Shown here: positions 11,476 to 23,175 of the stretch, piece by piece
Position numbering within the stretch: the stretch's first letter is position 1
Layout of the letters: each line of letters opens with the position of its first letter
From: an uncultured Methanosarcinaceae archaeon
GTDB taxonomy: Archaea; Halobacteriota; Methanosarcinia; Methanosarcinales; Methanosarcinaceae
Length of the DNA: 64,000 bases
Reading direction: 5' to 3'
Assembly: GCA_963727895.1 (NCBI GenBank)
Contig: CAVSHT010000012.1
Location: 96,001 to 160,000, forward strand
Translations under genes and position numbers: made by a program
The notes under the pieces: model-generated
What the model saw: only the letters and a program-made list of their open reading frames with translations
The model's database searches: none
Told to the model about the DNA's origin: nothing

Positions 11476-11645
11476 AGGCATCTGTGAAAAACGGTGTCCT
11501 TAAAAAACGGTACATAAAAAACGGCATGTGAAAAACGCAAGCTTTAAAAACGGTGTTCGAAAAACGATATTTTTTAGAGTGTCAATTAAAAAACGAATTA
11601 TTGAAAAACGGATTTTTTAAAAACGGCATTTAAAAACAGATGCCT
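11476..11645 (+). ncRNA. Candidate sRNA: ten AAAAAC(G) motifs inside a 10-bp closing stem
   Basis: TATA box tttatata at 11446-11453; IR aggcatctgt (11476-11485) and acagatgcct (11636-11645); lies between convergent genes. Confidence 0.5.
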
Positions 11646-11922
11646 AATAAACCTAATGAAAATCAGTTCTTAATCTCATTCTTTTTAATTTTTTATATGT
11701 TGCTTTTTTCGATAATTTATATAAAGTTTACTGTATAACATCCATAGTAAAGCTATGAGTTATTCAGAGATTTTTATATATAAAATATGTTAGCTCACAT
11801 AGCCCAGTTTCAAACCTTAATCTTGCTATTTTTCGCCTTAGTTTTCCGTTGAAATATAATTTCAAAAAGTTATATAAATCAAAATTAATTTTTTAAGTTT
11901 AAACAACTTCAAAAAAGAAAAG

Positions 11923-11944
11923 AGACTCAGGACATCCTGAGTCT
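11923..11944. terminator. Hairpin downstream of the surface-protein pseudogene
   Basis: agactcagga-ca-tcctgagtct stem, followed on the minus strand by a T-run. Confidence 0.55.
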
Positions 11945-11970
11945 ACTTTAACATTTTACCTAAGATCTCT

Positions 11971-14184
11971 TCACTTCTTGGATATTAGGTCAATACCGTC
12001 TTCGCTCGTCGAGATTACATTGCCGTTAAGAGATGTCTTGAAAGTGTACTTGACCGTTGGGTATGTCTGCGTTGTTAGCTTATAGCCCTGCAAACTGCTC
12101 AGGGAATACTTTATGCCCAGGTAGTAAGTACCTGCAGTCAGATTGTTCGCCGTGAGCGTAACCGTGGATCCGTCGAGTGAGACATTCGCCATCGTAGCAG
12201 AGACCTTTCTGCAATTGGAATCATACAGGATTACCTGTTTAGTGTCTTGGATTGCTATGAAAGGCCAATTATTGTTGTCTTTCGACTGAGTAACTGATAC
12301 AGTCGTCGTCGATGGTCCTCCTACAGGGATTGTGATAGTGCTGTAGTAGAACATCACACCCGGAGAGACGCTTTTTATGGACTTGGTCTTACTATCGACA
12401 AGGTAGTTCGCTTGTGTTAAATTTGTAGCAGTACCAGACATGTACTGATCGCAAGTAGTTCCGGTTGGGCTATCTGACCTGTTGGTCCCCCTTGTCCATA
12501 GTAGTGGCTTGGATCCTCGTCTGAGACCTGTATATCTTCATAGTTGGCTGTTACGTTTCCTATGTTAGCATACTGTCCTGCTGTTGCAGTTCCTGTTGCT
12601 TCGTATATCCACATTTCGGATGTTTCCAGAATACCATTTGAGTTCAGATCCCCTGAAACGTATTGAGGATTAACTCCGGTTATGTTATCCGTTACAGCTA
12701 CGTTACTTAACGGTACATTTCCTGTGTTTGTAACTTTATATGTCCAGGTTACAGTTTCTCCTACTGGAATGTATGGTCCAGTTGGATCGTCTGCATCTTC
12801 TCCGTTAGTGTACTTCTCGATATTGATTGCCGGATTTCCCAACACATTCGTCGGCTGGTAATAAATATTGTTACCAGGAGTGGGATATTCAGTGATTGCA
12901 GTCACTGAAACATAATTGAGTAGATCATACAATATAGTAGGTGGAGTTGCTGAGCCTGCCTCCGGGTTCTCAGACGTATCATTGTTAGTAGGCGCTGTAA
13001 GATTAACAGTAGTGTTTATAGTGAGCGTCACTGATTGAGTGGGGTTCAATGCGCCAACATCGAAGGTGACAGTATGTAAGCTAGCATCATAACTAGACGA
13101 GATGTTTGATGTAGCTGATGCTGAAACAAAGCTTGTATTGGCATCTAACGTATCCGTGACTACAATCTCGTTTGCAACGATCAAGGGGTCATTGTTTGTC
13201 ACCACGAGACTATAATTGAGATATTGCCCCAGGTTTACAGGATCAGGTTCATCGTACTTTATCACGGAGACATCAACTTTGTTGGTGAAGAACTCTTTTA
13301 CCTGCAAGAGGGGGACTGTCTGTTGACCGGTACTTATTGCATCGTTATTTGCAGTTTCCGCGCTGATTACTTCTGTCTGCACGTTACCGCCGACACTGGC
13401 AGGGATCTGATCTTTGAGGACAACCCATATCTCAACGATCACATTATCGCCGTTATCTAGGCCCGAAATATTGAATGTGCCCTGTATCTCTTCGTTTGAT
13501 GTACCTGGATTAGCGAGCGTGTAGGTAAAAGAATCCACTTTAGCATTCTGCCCTGGATCAATGGTACCGGGATCTGCTGTATCAACAAAGGTGCAGTAAA
13601 CCATATATGCCGGATCATAACCAAAGTCATCATCTGATGTTGTTTTTGTGAGGAAATCAGTTGTGATATTTATGGCCCCGTTCTCTGAAGCCGTATTACC
13701 TTTGACCTAAATCTCCATCTCGAACGGCACGACTTGGCCAAGAGCCATGTCTTTGGGTGCAAGAGATGTCACAGCGTCAAGGTTTTTGGAACTAAAAGGT
13801 GAAGCATATGCTACAGCGTTCTGGAGAGGATCTGCCTGCCTCCCTACGGTTCCGACGGCAAGGGAAGTATATCTCCACGGGTTGGTATCAGCTTCTCATA
13901 GGTCGGTAAATATGGACCTTTGTTCAATGCAGGATCAGTAGCATACCATTTAATTGTATATGCACCACCTGCAGCCTGTGCTTCGAAAGGCACCACACTC
14001 ATTAAAACGCTCCACTTAAGATTACTATCAGCATTGCTCAGATTATAGACCGGTGCTTAGGTCTACTGAATTGTAAATTGGTGTTAACCAACTTATTCTT
14101 TATATTTGTGGCACTACATATTCTTGGCAGCAAAGCCAGCAATAGCATAGCCACAGCTATAGGATCTATAATATACTTATTCAT
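11971..14184 (-). pseudogene. Secreted/cell-surface protein with DUF11-type Ig-like repeats, disrupted
   Basis: DVSVIK..PDPV..G..LNYSLVVTN and INIEKYTNGEDAD..G..VTWTYKVTNTGNVPL repeats; signal-peptide-like remnants; frameshifts near 14005, ~13880 and ~12469; in-frame TAG at 13707-13709; higher GC than its flanks. Confidence 0.8.
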
Positions 14185-14967
14185 TTATTCACTCCCAAGT
14201 TCTGTTCGCACGTTTTTTAATCTGTATAATCTATAGTGAAAGGTGAATTCCAAAAATCAGAATTTGTCCAAAGAATTCCCTAACCCAGACAAATACCAAT
14301 TTCTAATCCTTCCCCACTAAGGATTAAATTTTAAAGCAAATCTTTTTCACAATGAATTTAAAAACTCATCTTTTTATAATAAAGCCTGAGCTATATGAAA
14401 TTTAAATTTTAATCTGTCCCCCACTAATTCAAATTATAATCATCCAATATTCCATTTTATCGAAAATTAAATAAAAATATTTACTTCATTTTAAGATATA
14501 TGCCCAATCTTTCATAATTTATTTAAAGATCAAATTTTTACATTCAAGTCTTTCTTTTATTTTACAATAATTTGTATATTTTATCTTATTTTTTCATTTT
14601 TATATTCTCTTCTAATTTTATGGAATTTTATGCTTCTAATATTTAAGCTATCTATATTTATATATAATAACTCCAAAAATTTTATAAAAATCAAAATCAT
14701 AGACTGTTGCTTTGAACACATTTCAAAAAAGTTCCGGTTTGAAAAATTTCTGTTTGGGAAACTTTGAGGAGATATATTTTATAAGGAAGACAAACTTCTA
14801 TTAATTAAGTGACGATCTGCCTAAAACTAGAAATCTTATAAGGGTTTGTTACGTTAAGTTTATGTCAAGCATTAGGTCAAAATCAACCTCAACCAACTTA
14901 TTTTAAGTAGGCTGAATAGTTGTTTAAAAATCAAAAATAAAATTAAAAAAATTAAAACTTCAGTTTT

Positions 14968-15858
14968 TTACTGAAGTCCATAGTATTTTATGTTCCAGTC
15001 TGCAATAGCCTGGATTTTCTTTATTTCTTCGTCTCCACCTTCCTTGGTGAAGAGGTGTTTGAACCTTTTCTGAGTCCTCAGATATTCTTCGACTGGCTTT
15101 GGATCCTTAACCTTTCTGACCTGGGTAATTTCTCCATTTTCCATCTCATACATTGGCCAGAGGCAAGTTTCGACTGCAAGTTTAGCGATTTCTAGGGTCT
15201 TGGATGTATCAAAGCCCCAACCTGTTGTACAGGGAGCATGAGCATGGATATATGTCGGGCCCACGATTTCAGTAGCCTTCTTGACCTTTCGAATCATATC
15301 TCTTGGAAAACCTATGGAAGTTGTGGCCACATAAGGAGAGCCATGGGCTGCCATAATAGCAGGCATATTCTTTTTTGGGCGTTGATTTCCAAAGGAAACT
15401 TTTCCGGCTGGACTGGTTGTTGTACTTGCATCGAAAGGAGTAGCACTGCTGCGCTGGATTCCAGTGTTCATATAAGCTTCATTGTCCATACAGACATAGG
15501 TGAAATCATGTCCCCTTTCAAAAGCACCTGAAATGGAACCAATTCCTATATCCATAGTAGAACCGTCGCCTCCGATTGCTACAATCTTGGTGTCGTTCTT
15601 TTTGCCAAGAGCTTTTAATCCAGCTTCCACGCCTGAAGCCACTGCACCTGCATTTTCAAAGAGGGAGTGAATCCACGGCACCTGCCAGGAAGAATTTGGG
15701 AAAGGCGTGGACATAACCTCCAGGCAGCCTGTAGGATTAACTATAATTGTATTTGGGCCTGCACCCATAAGTGTGAATTTTGCAGCAAAAGCATCACAGC
15801 AGCCTGCACAGCCACTGTGTCCAGAGCTAATGTATGTCTTTAGGGTGGTTTTGCTCAC
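14968..15858 (-). CDS. porB: Pyruvate:ferredoxin oxidoreductase beta subunit
   Basis: CAGC motif; [20 protein letters not shown]-binding motif. Confidence 0.96.
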   Translation of the reverse strand: MSKTTLKTYISSGHSGCAGCCDAFAAKFTLMGAGPNTIIVNPTGCLEVMSTPFPNSSWQVPWIHSLFENAGAVASGVEAGLKALGKKNDTKIVAIGGDGSTMDIGIGSISGAFERGHDFTYVCMDNEAYMNTGIQRSSATPFDASTTTSPAGKVSFGNQRPKKNMPAIMAAHGSPYVATTSIGFPRDMIRKVKKATEIVGPTYIHAHAPCTTGWGFDTSKTLEIAKLAVETCLWPMYEMENGEITQVRKVKDPKPVEEYLRTQKRFKHLFTKEGGDEEIKKIQAIADWNIKYYGLQ

Positions 15859-17063
15859 AGCAATTCCTCCTTAAGGTCCAGGAACTGACTTTCAATTTCA
15901 ATTCCAAACTTTGCAACTTTCTTGGTTTCTTCAATAATCTGCTCAATGTTTTCCATACGAATGTCGCGGCCTCCATGCCCAACTGTATAACCTACGACTG
16001 GTACACGGACCTTGCTGTTATAGAGGCAGGATTTTGTCTCAGTAAAGAGCGCTCCTTCATTTGTACCTATGGAGATGTTCTTATCGAGTACAACAACGGC
16101 ATTTGCATTCTTAATAGCTTCTTTAACCTGCTCTTTCGGGAAAGGTCTAAAGGACCTGACTTTTAAGACGCCGATCTTTTCTCCTCTTGCCCTGTACTCA
16201 TCAACAACATCCTTGACAGTCCCAAGAATAGATCCCATAGACATGATAATAATTTCTGCGTCATCAAGCATATAGCCGTCAATAAGTCCTCCGTGGTATC
16301 TGCCAAAGATTTCTTCAAACTCTTTTGCAACGGCTTCGATCTTTGGAAGAGCTTTCTGCATTGCCTGCTCATGGAGATATCTGAACTCTTCATAAGTATC
16401 TGGTGCTGCAAAGGCTCCGAAGGTCTTGGGATCTTCAGGATCAAGAATATCTGCTGGCTGGAAAGGCGGAAGGAAATCATCGGTCAGTTCCTGTTCAAGC
16501 AGGACAACAGGTTCGTAAACATGAGACAGGATAAAGCCGTCCATGCAGACCATACCAGGAACCATGATCTCATTGTCTTCTGCAATTTTGTAGAGCTGGG
16601 GCAGGGTGTCAGCTGCTTCCTGAACATCCTCTACATAGAGCTGTATCCAACCTGTATCTCTCTGCGCAATAGAATCTTGATGATCGTTCCAGATGTTGAT
16701 TGGAGCGCTAATTGCTCTATTTGCCACTGTCATTATAACCGGAAGCCTCATACCTGCAGTGTTAAAAAGTGCCTCATGCATGAGTAGAAGTCCCTGAGAG
16801 GTTGTGGCTGAATAGGTTCTTGCGCCTACTGCTGATGCCCCTATGAGGGCAGAAATTGCAGAGAATTCGGCTTCCACATTAATGTACTCACAGTTAGGGA
16901 TTTCCCCATCTGCTATGAACTGGGACAGGTCTTCAACAATATGTGTCTGGGGAGTAATTGGATAGGCTGAAATAATGTTTGGACGGCAGACCTTTGCAGA
17001 ATGGGCCACTGCATAAGAACCCTCCACAACTACCATTTTTTTCTTGTCAGCTGGATTAATCAT
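15855..17063 (-). CDS. porA: Pyruvate:ferredoxin oxidoreductase alpha subunit
   Basis: AYPITPQT and ATTSQGL motifs. Confidence 0.96.
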   Translation of the reverse strand: MINPADKKKMVVVEGSYAVAHSAKVCRPNIISAYPITPQTHIVEDLSQFIADGEIPNCEYINVEAEFSAISALIGASAVGARTYSATTSQGLLLMHEALFNTAGMRLPVIMTVANRAISAPINIWNDHQDSIAQRDTGWIQLYVEDVQEAADTLPQLYKIAEDNEIMVPGMVCMDGFILSHVYEPVVLLEQELTDDFLPPFQPADILDPEDPKTFGAFAAPDTYEEFRYLHEQAMQKALPKIEAVAKEFEEIFGRYHGGLIDGYMLDDAEIIIMSMGSILGTVKDVVDEYRARGEKIGVLKVRSFRPFPKEQVKEAIKNANAVVVLDKNISIGTNEGALFTETKSCLYNSKVRVPVVGYTVGHGGRDIRMENIEQIIEETKKVAKFGIEIESQFLDLKEELL

Positions 17064-17347
17064 TATTTCTCCTCCAGAATCATTTCAATTGCACCTGCAG
17101 GACATTCATTTGCACAGACTCCACATCCTTTGCAGTAATCATAATCGTATTCAAAAAAGCCGTCTTCTCTGGGTTTGACAGACATGTCAGGGCAAACAAG
17201 TTCGCAGATGCCACACTTGGTGCATTTGTCGTAAATATAAACAGGACGGAAGTTTCTCCAGCCTCCGGTTTTGTTTATAAGGGTGGAACCAGGTTTACAG
17301 ACTCTGCAGTGTGAAATGTTTAAACATTCTTCAGATCCGTTACTCAC
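17063..17347 (-). CDS. porD: Pyruvate:ferredoxin oxidoreductase delta subunit (2x[4Fe-4S])
   Basis: KTGGWR motif; two CxxCxxCxxxCP motifs. Confidence 0.95.
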   Translation of the reverse strand: MSNGSEECLNISHCRVCKPGSTLINKTGGWRNFRPVYIYDKCTKCGICELVCPDMSVKPREDGFFEYDYDYCKGCGVCANECPAGAIEMILEEK

Positions 17348-17892
17348 GCTTCTTCCCCCTTGATAAGCTTATAAGCCTTCTGGATTGCATTTGAATTCTT
17401 TTCTCCTACTTTTCCTGGAAAACGGGCTTTTATTGCATGCTGTATTGATTCAACATTGATTTCTCCAGTTGCGCCTGCAAAAGCACCAAGAAGGACAGTG
17501 TTTACAATGGGAACTCCTATAATGTCCATTGCAACCTTTGTCGCGTCCACGGTCATGACCTTGGCTTTTGTATTGAGATTCAGGCTTTCCGGCTTTTCGG
17601 TTGTATTAACAATAATGATCCCGTCATCTTTTATTCCGCTTGCAACATCAACAGTTTCAAGCAGGGTGGCATCTTGAACAATGACATAATCTGGAGTATA
17701 AATCTGGCTTCGAAGCCTGATCGGACTATTGTTGATTCTTGTAAATGCCTGCACTGGGGCACCTCTACGCTCAACCCCAAAAGCGGGGAAAGCCTGGCTA
17801 AACTTTCCATCTTCAAAAGCTGCAACAGAAAGCATTTCAGCCGCGGTAACAGAACCCTGACCTCCTCGACCGTGTATTCTGATTTCCTTCAT
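17344..17892 (-). CDS. porC: Pyruvate:ferredoxin oxidoreductase gamma subunit
   Basis: [11 protein letters not shown] and FGVERRGAP motifs. Confidence 0.96.
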   Translation of the reverse strand: MKEIRIHGRGGQGSVTAAEMLSVAAFEDGKFSQAFPAFGVERRGAPVQAFTRINNSPIRLRSQIYTPDYVIVQDATLLETVDVASGIKDDGIIIVNTTEKPESLNLNTKAKVMTVDATKVAMDIIGVPIVNTVLLGAFAGATGEINVESIQHAIKARFPGKVGEKNSNAIQKAYKLIKGEEA

Positions 17893-18444
17893 CTGGATTC
17901 TCCTTTTTAATGCGGTTTTATCTATAGTTTTGTAGTGTTTTTCTGTATTTTTGCTATTCTAGGCAGTTTGTTTGGCAAGTTTCAATTAGTTGTCTGGCAC
18001 ACTGCTAATTACTCAAATATTATCGGATATCGAATTAACCTGATATTATTCAATTTATTAATTTGTCAGATATGATTATCATCTGATACCTTCAGGCACT
18101 ACCAAATATACTATTATAATATGTACATGTAGGTTCAGAAATCCAAATTCTGGAAGGCTATTTGTTAACCTGGATTTCTTTCATATCATTGAGTTATAGT
18201 CAATATTGAAATTACTTATTTTCAATTCTAAATTCACACTGTTTTGTGCCTGATAGTTCATGGATAATTGTGTAGAATATTATTAGTTTTTCGGTGAGAA
18301 ATCCAAGATTCTTCGTATATTTTTATAGTTTATTTTTATTTTTTAAATGTATTTTACATGTTATTTTTCGGTTAACCTGTCTCAGACGACTGATTTTTTG
18401 TGTTAGGGTTGTAAACGAATAGGTTTTTAAAAATCTTGATTAAT

Positions 18445-19443
18445 TTAATATTTTTCTTTTGAGAAATCCTTTATTAATTCGATCATGGTTTTTCTATCTT
18501 TCAGATCATTAATCTTCTCTCGAATCTGCCGCGAGCCGCGCAATCCTTTTGTAAACCAGTGGGCATGCATTTTTAGATTTATGGATTCGTAGAGATTATG
18601 TTCTTCAAGTAAGGCGATATATTTCTCAAACTCTTCTGATTTTTTATCTCGCTGGTCAATTTCTAGCCTTTCGTCCGTTTCTAGATAGTGCCTTATTTTT
18701 TTAAAAACAAAGGGATTTCCCATTGCTGCGCGTCCTATCATAAGCCCATCACATTCTGTAAATTCAAGGGCTTTTTCGGCAGACTCTTCATCTCTTATAT
18801 CTCCGTTTGCAATTACTGGAATTGAGAGTTCTTTTTTGACTGCCTTGATCGCTTTAAGATCCGAACTTCCTGAGTACATCTGATCTGCTCTCCTGCCATG
18901 AACAGTCAGGGCAGATGCTCCTGCATCTTCGATCAAGTGAGCAATATCAAGAGTTTTTTCTTCTGTCCTCAGAATACGGATCTTTGCAGTTACGGGAGTT
19001 TGCAGAACATCGGTCATTTCAGAAATTATTTCATATACAAGAGTTTTGGAATTGAGAAGAGCCGAGCCACATCCTGCACCTTTAATGCGCTGTACGGGAC
19101 AGCCCATGTTAACGTCTATAATTTCAGGCCTGTATTCTTCCTCAATAAAGATTGCAGCTTCTCTAAGCTTATCAGGAGAATTTCCTACAAGCTGAACTCC
19201 AAATGGTCGATCTTCAGGAGAATTGAGTCCTTTGAAAAATGATTTTCGATTTTTGTTGAGCAAAGCATCTGCACTGATCATTTCAGTGTAAGTGATGTCA
19301 GCTCCATTCTGCCTGCAGAGCAGCCTGAAAGCCAGGTTTGTCACATCCGCCATAGGAGCAAGAAGCAGATTTCCAGGAGTTTCAGTTTTACCAATTTTTA
19401 ATTTATTAAGTTTCATTTTCTGACGGTTGTTGAAGGCTTTCAT
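18445..19443 (-). CDS. tRNA-dihydrouridine synthase (Dus/NifR3 family)
   Basis: LAPMAD, DVNMGCP, TVHGR, IANGDI and GLMIGRAA motifs. Confidence 0.93.
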   Translation of the reverse strand: MKAFNNRQKMKLNKLKIGKTETPGNLLLAPMADVTNLAFRLLCRQNGADITYTEMISADALLNKNRKSFFKGLNSPEDRPFGVQLVGNSPDKLREAAIFIEEEYRPEIIDVNMGCPVQRIKGAGCGSALLNSKTLVYEIISEMTDVLQTPVTAKIRILRTEEKTLDIAHLIEDAGASALTVHGRRADQMYSGSSDLKAIKAVKKELSIPVIANGDIRDEESAEKALEFTECDGLMIGRAAMGNPFVFKKIRHYLETDERLEIDQRDKKSEEFEKYIALLEEHNLYESINLKMHAHWFTKGLRGSRQIREKINDLKDRKTMIELIKDFSKEKY

Positions 19444-19674
19444 GTTTTTATTTTTTCCTAATAATCGTTCTAACTTTTCTTATTCTATTCCTTTTCTTAT
19501 CCACTGAAACTCTATAAATTAACTAATTTTCTCATAAAAAATAAGCAGCTAATTATCACGAATCTTAAAATATATTACACAAGATTAAACTAAGCATCAA
19601 TAACCTAAAACTGAAAAGAGCTGACAAAATATGATAACATTAAGAGTAAGATACCTGAACCTATTAATTTCCTA

Positions 19675-19899
19675 ACACTTGTTAATAAAGAAAAGTGGTT
19701 CTGAGACTTAAAAAGAGACGTTAAAAGGTATATAAGCCTTAATTATTTAAAAAGAAACCTTATATAACCTATATCTGGAATCCTGCTGACACTTGTTAAT
19801 AAAGAAAAGTGGTTCTGAGACTTAAAAAGAGACGTTAAAAGGTATATAAGCCTTAATTATTTAAAAAGAAGCCTTATATAACCTATATATGGAATCCTG
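19675..19899. repeat. Tandem duplication of ~111 bp (period 114) covering the 3' end of the signal peptidase gene
   Basis: 19675-19785 versus 19789-19899, two substitutions. Confidence 0.93.
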
Positions 19900-20414
19900 T
19901 ACTGTGCAGTTCCTATAACCCATTCATCTTTTACAGGCATTTCATAGCTTATCTGCCCTTCTTGGTCATAATATTGGTTGGTTACAACATTATCTCCTTT
20001 AGTAATATAACCTGAATATGGAGCAATGGGACCGTCCTTCCACATAGGCTGTCCAGCTTCTACTCTGTACATAGCTCTATGGATTATAGGGGTTACTCCT
20101 TCTTCTCCATACGGACGGTAAAGAATCACATCTCCATAATTGTCAAAAGACTTATATCCTGTCTTTTTTCCTTCCTCATATGTGGTGACATTTACTTTAT
20201 CGATACCTTTAATGAAAATAATATCTCCTATCTGCATATGCGGTTCCATACTCCCTGACTCCACCGCAACCATAGGAGTCCAGAGTCCGAATATCATCTT
20301 GGAAATAACCATGAATACGATCAGGACAGCTACAACAGATAGCAAGTCCTTTCCAAGGGAAACCCAGGTGTTTTCCTGTTCCTGGACACTGTTTTCCTTT
20401 TTAATTTCTTTCAT
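19857..20414 (-). CDS. Signal peptidase I (archaeal Sec11/S26 type)
   Basis: N-terminal TM segment; VESGSMEP, PIIHR and ITKGDN motifs. Confidence 0.93.
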   Translation of the reverse strand: MKEIKKENSVQEQENTWVSLGKDLLSVVAVLIVFMVISKMIFGLWTPMVAVESGSMEPHMQIGDIIFIKGIDKVNVTTYEEGKKTGYKSFDNYGDVILYRPYGEEGVTPIIHRAMYRVEAGQPMWKDGPIAPYSGYITKGDNVVTNQYYDQEGQISYEMPVKDEWVIGTAQYRIPYIGYIRLLFK

Positions 20415-20657
20415 AATCAGCCTTTATTATTTTGATTTTATTCTTTAAGATGATGCATTATACTTCATTTTGTCTCTAGGCTCGAAACAGACTTTATTTG
20501 GGTGAACTTAACTGTAATCAGAAGTATAATCTTAGAATTATAATAAGATCCATAATAAGATCCTCAAAATATAATGCAATTTCTAGATTATTTACAGCTC
20601 TACATCTACTGTTCAGACTTATATAAAGTTAGTCCATTAATTTGTTGAGCCTTCAGT

Positions 20658-20760
20658 ATATTTACTGAGGATTTGTTTTTATTCTATCTTCACATATTTA
20701 CTGAGGATTTGTTTTTATTCTATCTTCAACATATTTACTGAGGATTTGTTTTTATTCTAT
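20658..20760. repeat. Direct tandem repeat, three copies of 36-37 bp
   Basis: atatttactgaggatttgtttttattctat(cttcac) starting at 20658, 20694 and 20731; no spacers. Confidence 0.92.
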
Positions 20761-21089
20761 TTAACTCATTTATTATTTAATGTTCATGGTCTTAAATATT
20801 ACAAGTCTTAAATATTACAATAAATTAAATATTACAATAAATTATAGTGTCTTTAATAGATAGAAATTAATAGCTATAAGTATTCTATCGAAACACAGAA
20901 GGTCTCGTAAGGTCCTTCTTTATAACAAATTAAATTTATCCTATTAGTCTCGTATCTTATTAATTTTTATATCTTAAGCAAGCTTTTGCTTTAGCTTTTC
21001 CAGGGTCAAAGTGAAATTTTTTTTGATGAAATAGAAACACAAAAAACCTGGAAGATCTGAGATCAATTCAAAAAGGACATGTTGGAATT

Positions 21090-23138
21090 ATGGAAAGAAA
21101 TGACATTATCAGGATTATTATGGAAACAGAGTACCAGATAAGTCCTGAAGCCGTAGAACTTATTTATTCCAGTAGTTCTCCTGAAGACCTGCTCAAATAT
21201 GTCCTTTCAACTGTAAATGAATCTGTTATCGTTATAGGAATTGAAAGTATAGATCTTGAAGGATTTGCTGCCTATATAAAGGATTCAAAGCTAATTCACA
21301 GAGGAAATGAAGAAAATTCCAGTTTTGAAACTTTAGCAAGAAAACTGACTTTAGATAAAGTTGATTTAGATAAAGTTGATTTAGATAAAGTTGAAAATCT
21401 CTCTCTGGAAGAAAAGGGATCTCTTTCCAGAGATCTCGCATTTCCTTCCACATCAAGTAAATACTGTCCTGATCTTGATTCTCCCATAGAGTCTGCTATT
21501 TTTTCAGAACCCGATGATGTTATTGTATCTTCGGACTCAATTGTGAAATCTTCTCAAGAAGTGGTTTCTGATTCTATTTCAGATATAGACATGGTTTCAG
21601 ACAGGTCTTATGAATCATCCCCAGATAGTCTGAAAACTCAATCAGATATTATTTATAAAGAAGGTTCGGCTCCAGATCTTATTTCTGCCTCTCCATCTTC
21701 AGTAAAGGCAGAGTCTCCGATTTTCTCATATCACTCTTCACAGGCTGTAAATAGGTCCGCTTCTTCTGTTTTTGGGCAGAATAACTCTCTATCTTCGTCT
21801 CCTTCAAATCGGATTTTCAGAACAGACGCGTCTTCCTTTGCTTCTGATAAAAGGTTATTTTCGAGTTCTAGGGATGAGTATAAGCATTATCCGGGAAAAA
21901 ATCCCGTGACTGTAATTTCAGATATAACAGGGCATTCCACCTGCGTCGGGGAATATATGCAGTTTGTGCAGTATTTCAGAGATAGATACAGCAGGCTTTC
22001 GGAAATCATCAGGGGAAGGATAAATGCACGTCCCATCGAAAGCTTGAAAAGAAGAAGTTTCCGCCGGGGAGGGGATGGAGGTTCTGAGGAAATCTCGATT
22101 ATAGGTATGGTTTCAGATATTGGCAGCACAACAAATGGTCATAAGATTCTTTCTCTCGAGGATACAACAGGTTCTTTTTCAGTCCTCGTTCGGAATTCCG
22201 ATAAAGAGCTCTTTGAACTTGCATCAAGAATTCTTCGAGACGAGGTCATAGGGGTAACTGGTTCGATAACAAATGATGGAAGCCTGATGTTAGCAACAAA
22301 GCTAATACAGCCCGACGTCCCGAATAGTATCCAGCGCAGAACCGGAAGCCACGGAAAAGCTGTACTGATTTCGGATGTGCACGTGGGCAGTTCCAAGTTT
22401 ATGGAAGACTCTTGGCTGAATTTTCTGGATTTTTTAAAAGGGGAATCAGATTCAGAGAGTATGCGGGAGCTTGCGGCAAGTATTCGTTATCTTGTTGTTG
22501 CAGGAGACATTGTTGATGGCATAGGAATCTATCCTGACCAGGAACTGGAACTGGACATTCTAGATGTTTACGATCAATATAGAAAGGCTGCCGAGTACTT
22601 CAAAGAAATTCCTGATCACATTCGCATAATAATAAGTCCGGGCAACCACGATGCTGTTCGCCAGGCGGAACCCCAGCCTGCCTTGCCGGAAAATATTCAG
22701 GCATATTTCCCTAATAATATTATTTTCGTTGGTAATCCTGCTCTTCTGGAACTTGACGGTATCCGCATTCTTATCTACCACGGCAGGTCGATTGATGATC
22801 TTGTAGCAAGTGTTCCAGGTGTTTCATATCATGAACCTGCTGGAGCAGTCCTTGAGATGTTGAAACGCAGACACCTTGCTCCAACTTATGGGAGTAGAGT
22901 TTCCATCTCACCTGAGAAAAAGGACTATTTTGTAATCGATCCAGTGCCTGATATTATTCATACAGGTCACGTCCACACACTGGGAGTACAGCGTTATAAA
23001 AATGTCCTTCTTGTCAATTCCGGAACATGGCAGGGACAGACAGAATTCCAGAAACGTGTAAATTTGATGCCTGTTCCTGCCAGAGTCCCGATCGTGGATC
23101 TCGAGGATTTTGACGTAAAAATTCTTGCTTTTGACTGA
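21090..23138 (+). CDS. polB: DNA polymerase D small (proofreading) subunit DP1
   Basis: OB fold followed by calcineurin-like motifs ISDVHVGS, GDIVDG, PGNHD, YHG and TGHVH; Ser-rich linker with LDKVD x3. Confidence 0.95.
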   Translation: MERNDIIRIIMETEYQISPEAVELIYSSSSPEDLLKYVLSTVNESVIVIGIESIDLEGFAAYIKDSKLIHRGNEENSSFETLARKLTLDKVDLDKVDLDKVENLSLEEKGSLSRDLAFPSTSSKYCPDLDSPIESAIFSEPDDVIVSSDSIVKSSQEVVSDSISDIDMVSDRSYESSPDSLKTQSDIIYKEGSAPDLISASPSSVKAESPIFSYHSSQAVNRSASSVFGQNNSLSSSPSNRIFRTDASSFASDKRLFSSSRDEYKHYPGKNPVTVISDITGHSTCVGEYMQFVQYFRDRYSRLSEIIRGRINARPIESLKRRSFRRGGDGGSEEISIIGMVSDIGSTTNGHKILSLEDTTGSFSVLVRNSDKELFELASRILRDEVIGVTGSITNDGSLMLATKLIQPDVPNSIQRRTGSHGKAVLISDVHVGSSKFMEDSWLNFLDFLKGESDSESMRELAASIRYLVVAGDIVDGIGIYPDQELELDILDVYDQYRKAAEYFKEIPDHIRIIISPGNHDAVRQAEPQPALPENIQAYFPNNIIFVGNPALLELDGIRILIYHGRSIDDLVASVPGVSYHEPAGAVLEMLKRRHLAPTYGSRVSISPEKKDYFVIDPVPDIIHTGHVHTLGVQRYKNVLLVNSGTWQGQTEFQKRVNLMPVPARVPIVDLEDFDVKILAFD

Positions 23139-23175
23139 ATTTTTATAACGTATATTAAAGTTTATTTAATTTTTA

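Noticed and set aside
11476..11645. AAAAACG array as a mini-CRISPR or coding repeat
   Set aside because: The 7-nt motif with 7-9 nt linkers is far too short for CRISPR, and the period is irregular with no ORF.
13707..13709. In-frame TAG as a pyrrolysine codon
   Set aside because: The same gene has three frameshifts, so ordinary pseudogenisation is the simpler explanation.
20658..20760. 36-37 bp repeats as a CRISPR array
   Set aside because: The copies are contiguous with no unique spacers, and there are no cas genes.
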